NCBI GenBank assembly: GCA_963789955.1
Contig: CAWBMV010000037.1
Coordinates: 32,001-96,000, forward strand
Reading direction: 5' to 3'
DNA from: an uncultured Candidatus Rokubacteria bacterium
GTDB taxonomy: Bacteria; Methylomirabilota; Methylomirabilia; Rokubacteriales; CSP1-6
DNA: 64,000 bases
In this document: in pieces, positions 19,401 through 28,433 of the stretch
Layout of the letters: every line of letters begins with the position of its first letter
Numbering within the stretch: position 1 is the first letter of the stretch
Made by a program: the position numbers and the translations under genes
The notes under the pieces: model-generated
What the model was told of the DNA's origin: nothing
The model's database searches: none
The model's input: only the letters and a program-made list of their open reading frames with translations

Positions 19401-19838
19401 CGCGCCGAATAAGGCCATGATGCCGTCGCCCAGGAACTGGTTCACCGTGCCCTCGTAGCGATGGACCTCGGCGAGCATGAGCTCGAACGCGCGGCGCATG
19501 ATCGCGTGGACGTCCTCGGGATCGAGCCGCGACGACATCGCCGTGAACCCCGCGACGTCGACGAAAAGCACCGTGACCTGCTTGCGTTCGCCCTCGAGCG
19601 CGCTTCGCGAGGTGAGGATCTTCTCGGCGAGGTGTTTCGGCGTGTAGGACTCGGGTGAGGCGAAGCGCGGTTGTGTTGGCGCTTCCGCCTTAACCGGTGT
19701 CCCGCACTTGTTGCAGAACTTGGAACCGACTGGCAGTTCCGCTCCACAGGAAGCGCAGGCCGGGGCCAAACGACCTCCGCATTCCAGGCAGAAGGCTGAG
19801 CCTGGCGGATTCTCGTGCTGGCACCGGGGACACTGCAT
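16404..19838 (-). CDS. Class III adenylate/guanylate cyclase with double zinc ribbon, AAA ATPase and TPR domains
   Basis: CPRC...CLECG...CASCG...CNKCG; ERKQVTVLFVDV, QFLGDG, GDTTNVAARL; Walker A GEPGIGKS; TPR-like C-terminus. Confidence 0.97.
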   Translation of the reverse strand: MQCPRCQHENPPGSAFCLECGGRLAPACASCGAELPVGSKFCNKCGTPVKAEAPTQPRFASPESYTPKHLAEKILTSRSALEGERKQVTVLFVDVAGFTAMSSRLDPEDVHAIMRRAFELMLAEVHRYEGTVNQFLGDGIMALFGAPVAHEDHARRAVYAAAGIRTALTDYREKLRRERGITFDVRQGLNTGLVVVGSIGSDLRMDYTAVGDTTNVAARLQQSAAPGQILIAEPVHRLVAGYCEAQPIAGLQLKGKSELVKAWQVVVARPARGRLDVGRERGLTPLVGRQRELSQLEECFQRACAGNGQVVFIVGEPGIGKSRLVEELRQRAREQAGWSEGRCVSFGRSMAFHPVIDLLHREFDIDDGDREDAVAMKIDRAFQPFGDDLRAGLPFVQHLLGVTPGDAAVTQMDPQERRAELFQALRRYFRRAAESEPRVIVYEDIHWMDGASEEWLAAIIDSVPASRTLHVLTHRTGYVHPFGERSYFTRIALGALSDAESLSVARGVLVTGDVPSTLRDAIARRADGNPLFVEEIVKSHQEGATVVPETVQGIITARIDRLADGPKRVLQTASVIGREFGRRLLDRLVEPGTPTEPSVRELLRLELIHQKSIDPDVTYLFRHALTHEVAYGSLLLSQRKHLHGAIGVAIETLYADRLGDHVEVLARHFGQAEEWPKAVTYRLKAAEKAAANFATREAIALYGQAEEAMAHLGPEVPAATRIAMHRARGELYNLVSDFDRARADAERASQIAREAGDRVAEGSAVVGMALASFWAHRFAQALDDSARAIALGETTGEPTVLAGGHLTTALVHEITGRLDEARPGFDRVIAISRPVGDVANEATALVFGAELDAWEGKHEQAARLYDQGIRLARAHGVLMPALEGHFMAGVNLTGKGDYDAALAILQDGLALATKVGDENYTPRSLNSLGWLYMECGALDRAYELNRLAAEQARKRGDHEMIANAELNLADILLQRGDLALALELLESVQGLIEDPANSGWMRWRYSLHWYASLADHAVARGAWDEARAQAERCLAAAVKTRAQKYVAKANRVLGEIAIASRQWREADSALRIALAVAESIKFPTQIWKTHVARAKLARASGDADSAFTSVEAAQAILDDLKRGVRDPELSAALRANVRVPDLAK

Positions 19839-20144
19839 GTAGCGATCCTCCGGGAGCAGGGCCGGTGACGGTCGGGACGGTGGGCCGAGACTAGACTGTC
19901 GCCTGCTCGGTGGTCAACAACGGCGTCACAAATCGTGTGTGCGGGCGCCGTCGTAAGTCCCTGTTCTCGCGGAGGGCGGGAACGGGTTGCACGGCCGGCG
20001 CAAAGGTGGTGGTTTGTGACATCGCGTTTTCTCCGGTGTTTGACACCATCGGGGTAGTTCCTGTATACGCGACCCAAACCGCCTCCCCAGTTGGTGCGCT
20101 CGGGTTGGACGTCAAGGGGGCCAGAGCGGACGGAGGTGCCAACC

Positions 20145-20477
20145 ATGATCTCCGTAAGAACGAACCGCATCATGTTGGGTGTCCTTCTCGCCGGATTGCT
20201 GACGGCGACGGCGGCGTGCGCTCAGCTTGGCGAGACGCGCCGAGCGCCCGCGGTCAAGCCGGCTCCGGCGGCGGTACAGCAACCCGCGACTGAGTTGGTG
20301 CCGGCAAGTGTACCCGCAGCGGCGAGTGCTCCGGCTACCGAGACGCGCCCGGAACTTACGGTCACGCCGCGTACGCCTGGAGCGGCGGCCGCGGCGGAAC
20401 GGCCGTCGAACGACACGGACGATCCTCGGGCCGTTATCGACTGGCTGCTGAATCCTTCGTCAGTGCGCGGGCGATAA
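20145..20477 (+). CDS. Pro/Ala-rich lipoprotein with C-terminal DDPRAVIDWLLNP
   Basis: GGAGGT RBS, lipobox TAAC, low-complexity linker. Confidence 0.75.
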   Translation: MISVRTNRIMLGVLLAGLLTATAACAQLGETRRAPAVKPAPAAVQQPATELVPASVPAAASAPATETRPELTVTPRTPGAAAAAERPSNDTDDPRAVIDWLLNPSSVRGR

Positions 20478-20544
20478 ACAGCTCTGCGTTCGTCCCTCGA
20501 CGCACCCGATTTGACCTGATCCCCGCTTCTGCCTGATGATCGTG

Positions 20545-20995
20545 TCAGCGGCGACTTCCACCCCACCCCGAATAATCCCCACCCCGCTCCGCCGCGCGAT
20601 GCGCACTTTGTCTGGGAGGGGTACGTCTTTGCTGAGGACAAGGATCCCGCGCGGCCGCGGCGTCCGCCGATTCAAGTTCGACCCCTCACCCGAGACGAGA
20701 TTGAGACGTTGTGGTTGGTGACGGCGACCCAGGCTCGGACCATGGCGAGTCTCCACGAGGCGCGGCATTCGGTCGCAAGGCGAACCATGAATGTTGACTC
20801 GTCTCGGCGTCTCAGCGACTATGTCTCAGCGGCGACTCCACCCCACCCCGAGTAATCCCCACCCCACTCCGCCGCCGCGCGACGCGCACTCTGTCTGGGA
20901 GGGGGACGTCTATGCTGACGACAAGGATCCCGCGCGGCCGCGCCGTGCGCCGATTCAAGTTCGACCCCCTCACCGGAGGCGAGATCGAGACGTTG
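20545..20995 (+). repeat. Two ~168-bp imperfect direct repeats (20545-20711, 20826-20995), each with a G4 motif, an RBS and an ORF start
   Basis: TCAGCGGCGAC...CCCCACCCCGA(A/G)TAATCCCCACCCC...GGGAGGGG...ACAAGGATCCCGCGCGGCCGCG...GATTCAAGTTCGACCCC...GAGACGTTG in both. Confidence 0.93.
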
Positions 20996-21118
20996 CAGTC
21001 CGTCCCCAGCGGGGCCGCCGCCCACCTCGCTGAGTGCAGTTGCAGCGCCAGTGAATCGCACGCCGGTAACTCGCGCGCCGTGCTCGCGGAAATCGCGGTC
21101 TACAGGGCTCAGTAGGGC

Positions 21119-21796
21119 GTGGCCAAGAGCAGCACGAGTTTCGCGCCGGGCGTCTCAGGAAACCCAACCGGCCGGCGTCTGGGCTCCAAGAACACCACCC
21201 CCTCCGTGCGCGAAATCGTGAACGCCGTGGTGACCGAGCATGTCGACGGCGTGAAAGAAGCCTACCGGAAGTCCGCCGTCAACGCGAAATCGGTCCTGCG
21301 CCGCACCGACGTCGACCTCCGCAAGGGGTACATCACGGTCCAGCGCACGGTCTCCGACAAGGGCCGCCGGATCGAGCCCGTCAAGGACGGTGAGGCTCGG
21401 CGGGTGAAGATGTCGCCGGACCTGCAGGCCGCGCTCCGCGACCACCTCGAGGCGATGGCCCTCGAGGCCGGCGTACGACGCTGGACGCCGGAGCAGCGCG
21501 CGCTCGTGTTCCCGACCACGTACGGCGGGATCCTCGGCCACCCGTACTTCCTCGAGCACGTCTGGCGCCCGCTCCTGCAAGCGACGGGCCTGCAGTACCG
21601 GAAGTATCACAGCACGCGCCACACCTACGCGACGTGGCTCCTGTCGGACGGTGCCGATCTCCGGTGGGTGCAGCAGCAGATGGGGCACGCGACGATCGGG
21701 AGGACCGCGGACACCTACGGCCACGTTCAGCCCGAGCGCCACGAGGCCGCGATAGAGGGCCTAGATCGGTATATGAGACAGGCCGCGACTAGCTAG
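21119..21796 (+). pseudogene. In-frame chimera: DUF5681-like N-terminus fused to a tyrosine integrase C-terminal half
   Basis: FAPGVSGNPTGR motif, then LRRTDVDL...HSTRHTYATWLL...QMGHATIGRTADTYGH; first catalytic Arg and N-terminal domains missing. Confidence 0.88.
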
Positions 21797-22748
21797 CCCC
21801 AGGCGCAACCGGCAGATCATGTTTCGCGGCAACGACTAGGCGCATATATCGCTTAAGCTTCGACACCGGAACGTGAGCGAGGACCACCTTCCGATCGGGC
21901 CGTGGGGTCTCTGCTTCAGAACGTGTTAGCTCTCGACCCTGGTGGCTTTGAAGCAATTCATGGAGATCCCACGACTCAGTCGTGTATTCCCCTATCACGC
22001 GCTCACCATCTTCGTCGGTCACGAGAACATGTCCAGATGCTAAACGAAGATTGATCGTGTACTCCCATACGCGAACGTTCATCGTGACTTCCATATTTTC
22101 CACGCGCTCGATCGCATCCCCGATCTTGACGAACAAGGGCGGGTCAACCATCCCACACTCGTAGATCACCATGCTTGGTGGTTCGCCGATCGTCTGCTCC
22201 GCGATTTGATGTGCGAGTTCTTTTGCCGTACAGAACGGCGTGTCGGCCTCTCCTAGAAGCACCGCTTCGGAAGGCGGCTCCTGTCTGGAGCCGTCCTTGA
22301 GCTTGATCGAGATCGACAGTGGACTCGCTCGACTCAAGACAAGAATGAGCCAGGACTGAGAAGAGGTCACCGTCTGCCAGTCAACTTCGGTCGCCTCTCG
22401 GTAAGTCAAGAGCGTAATGCCCTTACGCTTGGCGACGGCCCGCGCTCCGTCATCAAAACCGGTGTTAGAAACGATGATGCCGTGCGAGGCGCCAACATCC
22501 TCGAGCTTGCTAACGAACGCGTCCACCTTCTCGATTCCAACTCGGCGTTTGTAGCGCTTGCACTCAAGCACGATCAGCGTACGGTACGCGGCGACCACCT
22601 GGGATAGGGTGACGTCGAGTTGCCGCTTACGGCCCGAGCGACCCAGGACACGCTGATTGTGTTTCACCTCCGCGTTGCCTGCGATCCCGTGGTGGAGGTG
22701 AGCGACGAGCTTCTCGAACTCATGCCACTTCGCTGCTCTTTGGACCAC
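21789..22748 (-). CDS. Mrr-like PD-(D/E)xK restriction endonuclease domain protein
   Basis: FEKLVA...GRSGRKRQLDV...LECKRYKRRVG...GIIVSNTGFDDGA; visibly lower GC. Confidence 0.85.
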   Translation of the reverse strand: MVQRAAKWHEFEKLVAHLHHGIAGNAEVKHNQRVLGRSGRKRQLDVTLSQVVAAYRTLIVLECKRYKRRVGIEKVDAFVSKLEDVGASHGIIVSNTGFDDGARAVAKRKGITLLTYREATEVDWQTVTSSQSWLILVLSRASPLSISIKLKDGSRQEPPSEAVLLGEADTPFCTAKELAHQIAEQTIGEPPSMVIYECGMVDPPLFVKIGDAIERVENMEVTMNVRVWEYTINLRLASGHVLVTDEDGERVIGEYTTESWDLHELLQSHQGRELTRSEAETPRPDRKVVLAHVPVSKLKRYMRLVVAAKHDLPVAPGAS

Positions 22749-22780
22749 GACTCTGCCCTCGGAGATCCCTTATTCAGACG

Positions 22781-23479
22781 TTAAGCGCTAGGCGTACCCG
22801 GCTTCGCGGCTTTCGTGGCTGCCGCAGCGACCAAAGCCCCCATGCGCGCCTTACGCTCCTCTCGGGCGATATACCATTCGCGGAGCACCGTCTCCACGAG
22901 GCCGATGAGCAGCCCAGCCTCATCCGGATCGACGTCCACGATGAGATTGATGTCCTTCTCCATGTGAGCGCCGATGTTCCCGATCTTGCGAACTGCGTCG
23001 ATCGCATCCCATGTGAGCGGATCAACCTTGGCCTTGATCTGGTCGATCTCGTCGACAAGTCGGCCCGGTTTGACTTGCCAGAAGTCCCGGAGGATGCCTT
23101 GGAGGCACCGGCGCGCGAGTGTTGCCGAGGCTTTCGGGCTCAGATCTATGATCGAGCACGCCTCCTGGTAGTCGTCCAAGATTGCCTGCGGGATATACGA
23201 CGGGAACGTCTTGCCCTTCGCGCTTGGGATGAGCCTCCACTCTTGCAGCTTCTGACCTAGAACCTCGCCGCGCTCCCCCCTATGGAAGCTCTCGCAGAGC
23301 CGGGCCGTCAGCGTGAAGCGACGGCACTCCGGATTCGGACACACAATGAAGGTCGTGATCAGCGACCGGCGACCATTCGCATTGTCGATCCAGAGCGTGT
23401 GTCGCTCGGCGGTCATCCTCCCATCCGAGATGGTGACTGCCCTTTCGCAATGGGGGCATGTCCAGTTGAAATCAGCCAT
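22781..23479 (-). CDS. DUF4145 (HEPN-like) domain protein with N-terminal zinc ribbon
   Basis: AGGAG RBS; CPHC...CPNPEC; DYQEA...SPKASATLARRCLQ...RKIGNIGAH (RxxxNxxxH). Confidence 0.85.
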   Translation of the reverse strand: MADFNWTCPHCERAVTISDGRMTAERHTLWIDNANGRRSLITTFIVCPNPECRRFTLTARLCESFHRGERGEVLGQKLQEWRLIPSAKGKTFPSYIPQAILDDYQEACSIIDLSPKASATLARRCLQGILRDFWQVKPGRLVDEIDQIKAKVDPLTWDAIDAVRKIGNIGAHMEKDINLIVDVDPDEAGLLIGLVETVLREWYIAREERKARMGALVAAAATKAAKPGTPSA

Positions 23480-23579
23480 CTTGCTCCTGGCCAGGAGAGG
23501 CGGTGAGGACAGGCGCCGCAGCGCGCCACCATGCGCCACCGATTCCGCAAAATGTTTTCTAACTACGCGAAAAAAGTAA

Positions 23580-23655
23580 TGGTGGAGGGTAAGGGATTCG
23601 AACCCTCGACCTCGGCGTTGCGAACGCCGCGCTCTCCCAACTGAGCTAACCCCCC
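23580..23655 (-). tRNA. tRNA-Ala(CGC)
   Basis: 76 nt GGGGGGTTAGCTCAG...CGGCG-TTCGCAA-CGCCG...GTTCGAAT...CCCTCCACCA; G3:U70 pair; encoded CCA. Confidence 0.98.
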
Positions 23656-23695
23656 GAGACCACCTACCGACTACCGAGGCGAGCGCTATTTTACA

Positions 23696-24503
23696 TCAGG
23701 CCTTGGAGCCGTCCCCACCCTTGTTGAAGGCCTGGAGCAACGGCCCGAAGAGATCCAACGGCAGCGGGAAGAAGGTCGTCGTGGACCGCTCGGAGGCGAT
23801 CTCGCGCATGGTCTGTAGATAGCGGAGCTGGACGGCGATCGGATGCCGCGTCAGGACCTCGGCGGCCTCGGACAGCTTGGCCGCCGCCTGGAACTCGCCG
23901 TCGGCGTTGATCACCTTGGCGCGGCGCTCGCGCTCGGCCTCGGCCTGCTTGGCCATGGCGCGCTGCATGTCCTGCGGCAGGTCGATCTGCTTCACCTCGA
24001 CGTTCGCGACCTTGATGCCCCAGGGCTCGGTGTGCTCGTCGATGATCCGCTGGAGCTGCTGGTTGATCTTGTCGCGCGCCGAGAGCAGATCGTCGAGCTC
24101 CACCTGGCCGAGCACGCTCCGCAACGTGGTCTGGGCGATCTGCGAGGTCGCGTAGAGATAATCCTGCACGGCGATCACCGCCCGCTCCGGATCGACCACG
24201 CGGAAGTAGATCACGGCGCTCACCTTGATCGACACGTTGTCGCGGGTGATCACGTCCTGCGGCGCCACGTCGAGGGCCACCGTCTGCAGGCTCACCTTCA
24301 CGATCTTGTCGATGATCGGGCACCAGGAGGACGAGGCCCGGCCCGTTCCCCTGTCCGCCCGGGTTCAAGATGGCCTTGGCGCTGCGGCCGAGGCGAAAGA
24401 TCACCGCGCGCTCGTACTCGCGGAGGATGCGCGCGTAGGAGCCGATGAAGAAGATCACCACGAAGACGACAGCGATGAGCAGCAGCGACTCGACGTTGAT
24501 CAT
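23696..24503 (-). CDS. Slipin/stomatin (SPFH) family protein; apparent frameshift near 24320
   Basis: [44 protein letters not shown]. Confidence 0.93.
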
Positions 24504-25871
24504 GCGACTCCCCCTTTGGCCTCGGCCTTCGCGACCCTCAGGGTCAGGCCGTCCACCCCGACGATCCGCACCTGTGCGCCGGGCTCGAGGGGCTCGCCCT
24601 CCGCGACCGCGCGCCAGATCTCACCCGACACCATCACCTGCCCTTCGGGCCCGAGGCGCTCGCGGACCGTGGCCGTTCTGCCGACCAGGCCCTCGGCGCC
24701 GGTCGACGGCGGCCGGCCGAGCGCGCGTACGCCGGCCGCGACCACGAACAGAAAGAGCCCGGCGGTCGCGGCCACCGTCGGACCGATGACCCACCAGGAC
24801 ACGCGAAAGCCGACCTCGGGCGCGTCGAAGAGCATCAGCGAGCCGAGCGCCATCGAGATCGATGCCGCCGATCGCCAGAATGCCGTGGCTCACGATCTTG
24901 ATCTCGGCGATCAGCAGCACGATGCCGAACAGGATCAGGAGCAGGCCCGCGTAGTTGATCGGCAGGCTCTGGAAGGCGAAGAACGCCAGGATCAGCGAGA
25001 TGCCGCCGATCACGCCGGGCAGGATCACGCCCGGGTTCGACAGCTCGAAGAAGAGGCCGAGCATGCCGAGCATCATGAGCACGTAGGCCACGTTCGGGTC
25101 GGTGATCACGTTCAGGAACCGATCGCGGAAGCCGATCTCGATCGGCCGGACCGGCGCGCCTTTCGTGGCAAGCGTCACCGGGCCCTTGGGCAGCTTGATG
25201 ACGCGGCCGTCGATCTTCTCCAGCAGGTCGGGGACAGAGTCGGCGATGAGGTCGATCACCTTCAGCTTCAGCGCGTCGCGCTCCGTGATGGCCACGGCCT
25301 CGCGCACCGCCTTCTCGGCCCAGTCCGCGTTGCGGCCGCGCTCGAGCGCGACGGTCCGGATGAACGCGGCGGCGTCGTTCTCGATCTTCTTCATCATCGT
25401 CTTGTCGGCAGTACCGCCGCCGACCATGACGGGCGAGGCGGCGCCGATGTTGGTCGCGGGCGCCATCGCCGCCACGTGCGCGGCCATCGTGATGAAGACA
25501 CCGGCCGACGCCGCGCGCGCGCCGGTGGGCGCGACGTAGACGACGACCGGCACCTCGGCGTTCATCATGCGCTGGACGATCGCGCGCATCGAGCGCTCGA
25601 GCCCGCCGGGCGTGTCGAGCTGGATGATGAGCGCCTGGGCGCGCTCGGCCTGCGCGCGGTCGATGGCGAGGCCCACGAGACGCAGGGTGACCGGGCTGAT
25701 CACCCCCTCGATCTCGATCGTGGCGACGGGCTGCGGCGCCGCCGACGCCGGAGCCGCGAGCGCGAGCAGCGCAACGACGAACGCGAGACACGCGCACGTC
25801 GCGGTCGTCGACACGGATGCGCGGCCGGAGCGTGCGAGAGCCGGCCCGAACCCGTTGCGAGCCGCGTTCAT
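24500..25871 (-). CDS. nfeD: NfeD-family membrane-bound ClpP-class protease; apparent frameshift near 24856
   Basis: LDTPGG, GARAASAG, TNIGAA, TM region and C-terminal GEIWRA OB domain; adjacent to slipin. Confidence 0.92.
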
Positions 25872-26806
25872 TTCTGGAGCGCCAGCAGGCTCACGAGCTC
25901 GAAGAGCAGATTGGCGGCGAGCAGCGCGGTGATCTGGCCGGGGCCGTCGTACGGGGGCGAGACCTCGACCACGTCCGCGCCGACGAGCGACTGGCCCGCG
26001 AGCGCCCGCACCAGCACGAGCGCTTCATACGAGGTAAGCCCGCCGACCTCCGGCGTCCCGGTTCCGGGCGCGAAGGCCGGATCGACGGCGTCGATGTCGA
26101 ACGAGCAGTAGACCGGGCCGCCGCGCAGGCGGGCGAACCGCTCCGCGACCCAGGCGGTCCCCTGCTCCTTCACGGTCTCGATGCGGGCGACCTCGATCCC
26201 GTGCTGGTCGTGGAACTCGAAGTCCTCGGAGCCGTAGAGCGGACCGCGGATCCCGACCTGGATCATGCGTCGGGGATCGATGAGCCCTTCCTCGACGGCC
26301 CGGCGAAACGGCGTGCCGTGGAAGTATTTCGAGCCGAAGTATTCGTCCCACGTGTCGGGATGGGCGTCGAAGTGCACGAGTCCCAATCGCCCGTGGCGGC
26401 GCGCGACCGCGCGCAGGATGCCGAGGGTCACGGAGTGATCGCCGCCGACGCAGACGGGCATCGCGCCCTCCGCGATCACCTGGCTCACTCGTGCATCGAT
26501 GGCGGCCAGGGTGCGCTCGATCGAGATCGGCACGGTGTCGACGTCGCCGCAATCGGCGATGCGCAGCCGTTCGAACGGGTGCACCTTGAGCACGGGATTC
26601 CACGGGCGAATCAGCGAGGACTGCTCGCGTACGGCCCGCGGACCGAAGCGGGCACCGGTGCGGTACGAGGTCCCGCCGTCGTACGGAATGCCGAGCAGGG
26701 CGACGTCGAGGCCCTTGGCGGAGTCGGCCGTGGGCAGCAGCATGAACGTCGCGACCTGGCCGAATCGCGGGGAGACGAACGGATTGCGGGGTACCGACGT
26801 GCTCAC
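25868..26806 (-). CDS. speB: Agmatinase / ureohydrolase
   Basis: GARFGP, GGDHS, DAHPD, SFDIDAVDPAFAPGTGTP. Confidence 0.92.
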   Translation of the reverse strand: MSTSVPRNPFVSPRFGQVATFMLLPTADSAKGLDVALLGIPYDGGTSYRTGARFGPRAVREQSSLIRPWNPVLKVHPFERLRIADCGDVDTVPISIERTLAAIDARVSQVIAEGAMPVCVGGDHSVTLGILRAVARRHGRLGLVHFDAHPDTWDEYFGSKYFHGTPFRRAVEEGLIDPRRMIQVGIRGPLYGSEDFEFHDQHGIEVARIETVKEQGTAWVAERFARLRGGPVYCSFDIDAVDPAFAPGTGTPEVGGLTSYEALVLVRALAGQSLVGADVVEVSPPYDGPGQITALLAANLLFELVSLLALQK

Positions 26807-26816
26807 CGCGAACCTC

Positions 26817-28035
26817 CTAGAGCGCCGAGCGGAGCCCGGCGACCGCCGTCAGGAGCAGCGCGACCTCGTCGGGTGAGTTGAACACCGAGAAGGTGGCCCG
26901 TGAGGTGCCGACGACTCCGAGTCGACGCATGAGCGGCATCGCGCAGTGGTGGCCGGCCCGGACGGCGATCCCTTCGGCGTCGAGCAAGGCCGCCACGTCG
27001 TGCGGATGAAGGCCGTCCACCGCGAACGAGACGACGGCGCCACGCTCGACGCCCAGGGGCGGGCCGTAGACCGTCACCCCCGGAATCCGCGCCAGGCCTT
27101 CGTGGGTCTGGCGCGTGAGGGCGCGCTCGTGCTCGGTCACGCGGTCCATGCCGAGCTTCTCCAGGTACTCGATCGCCGCCGTCAGCCCCACGGCCTCGGC
27201 GATGGGCGGGGTGCCCGGCTCGAACCGCCAGGGCAGGTCGTTCCACTGCGCGTGATCGATCCACACTTCCTTGATCATCTCGCTACCGCCCCGGCCGGGC
27301 TCCAAACTGTCGAGCACCGCGCGCCGGCCGTACAGGACGCCGATCCCGGTCGGGCCGAGCATCTTGTGGGCCGAGAACACGTAGAAATCGCATTCGAGCG
27401 CGGACATATCGAGCCGCAGGTGAGGCGCGGCCTGAGCCCCGTCGACGACCGTGAACGCCTTGACCGCTCGGGCTCGGCGCACGATCTCGGCGACCGGATT
27501 GATCGTCCCCACCACGTTCGAGACGTGGGCGAACGCCACCACGCGCGTACGCGCTGTGAGCAGGCGGTCGAGGGCGCCGAGGTCGAGCGTGCCGTCGTCG
27601 CGGATCGGCACCGCCTTCAGGACGGCGCCCCGGTCCTTCGCGACGAGCTGCCACGGGATCAGGTTCGAGTGGTGCTCGAGCTCGGTGACGATGATCTCGT
27701 CGCCCCTGCCGAGCGTCCGCCCGATGGTCTCCGCGATGAGGCCGAGCCCGTCGGTGGTGCCCGCGGGTGAAGACGACTTCTTCCCGGCTCGGGGCACCGA
27801 TGAAGCGCTGGACGGAATCCCGCGCGAGCTCGTAGAGCTCCGTGGCCTCCTCGCCGAGGGTGTGGATCGAGCGATGCACGTTCGCGTGGCTCCGCTCGTA
27901 GTACCGGTTCATCGCCTCGAGCACCGCGCGCGGCTTCTGGCTCGAGGCACCGGAGTCGAAATAGACGAGCGGATGGCCGTTGACGATCCTCTTCAAGATC
28001 GGAAAATCCGGCCGCGTGAGCTCGTCGAGCCTCAT
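26817..28035 (-). CDS. sufS: SufS-type cysteine desulfurase; apparent frameshift near 27760
   Basis: DFPIL...LVYFDSGASSQKP, EHHSN, FSAHKMLGP, RAGHHCA. Confidence 0.93.
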
Positions 28036-28433
28036 GCCTTCTTGGCTCCGTCGAGCGCCTGCGCCAGCACGGAGAGCGGCAAGGTCGCGCACCGCATCCG
28101 CGTCGGGCGAATCTCGGCCTGGAGCACGGCCAGCACGTCGCTCACGTCCAGCGCCGCCGCCTCGCCGCGCGTGCGGCCCGCGACCAGATCGGCGACCACG
28201 TCGGCGGACGCGGTGCAGATCGCGCAGGAGTCGCCGATGAACCGCGCCTCGGCGATCCGCCCCTCCGGCGCGACCGTCAGCATCATCCGCACGCGGTCGC
28301 CGCAGAGCGGGTTCACGTCCTCGGCCACGGCGTTGGCGCCGGGCAGCTCGCCGCGATGGCGCGGCTTCCGCCACCGATCGCGGATGACGTCGCTATAGAG
28401 GCCGCCGGGCGCGGAGGGCGTGGCGCCGCTCAC
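28032..28433 (-). CDS. sufU: SufU/IscU-family scaffold or sulfur-transfer protein
   Basis: NPLCGD, SCAICTASA, RMRCATL. Confidence 0.88.
   Translation of the reverse strand: MSGATPSAPGGLYSDVIRDRWRKPRHRGELPGANAVAEDVNPLCGDRVRMMLTVAPEGRIAEARFIGDSCAICTASADVVADLVAGRTRGEAAALDVSDVLAVLQAEIRPTRMRCATLPLSVLAQALDGAKKA

Larger units (their letters stand above)
5301..23599. mobile_element. ~18.3-kb decayed integrative element at tRNA-Ala (right element of a tandem pair)
   Basis: Bounded by the 20-bp tRNA 3' repeat; contains an integrase remnant, a DUF5681-like fragment and defence-type cargo. Confidence 0.85.

Noticed and set aside
20545..20995. CRISPR array
   Set aside because: Only two long units containing RBS/ORF starts; no repeat-spacer pattern and no cas genes
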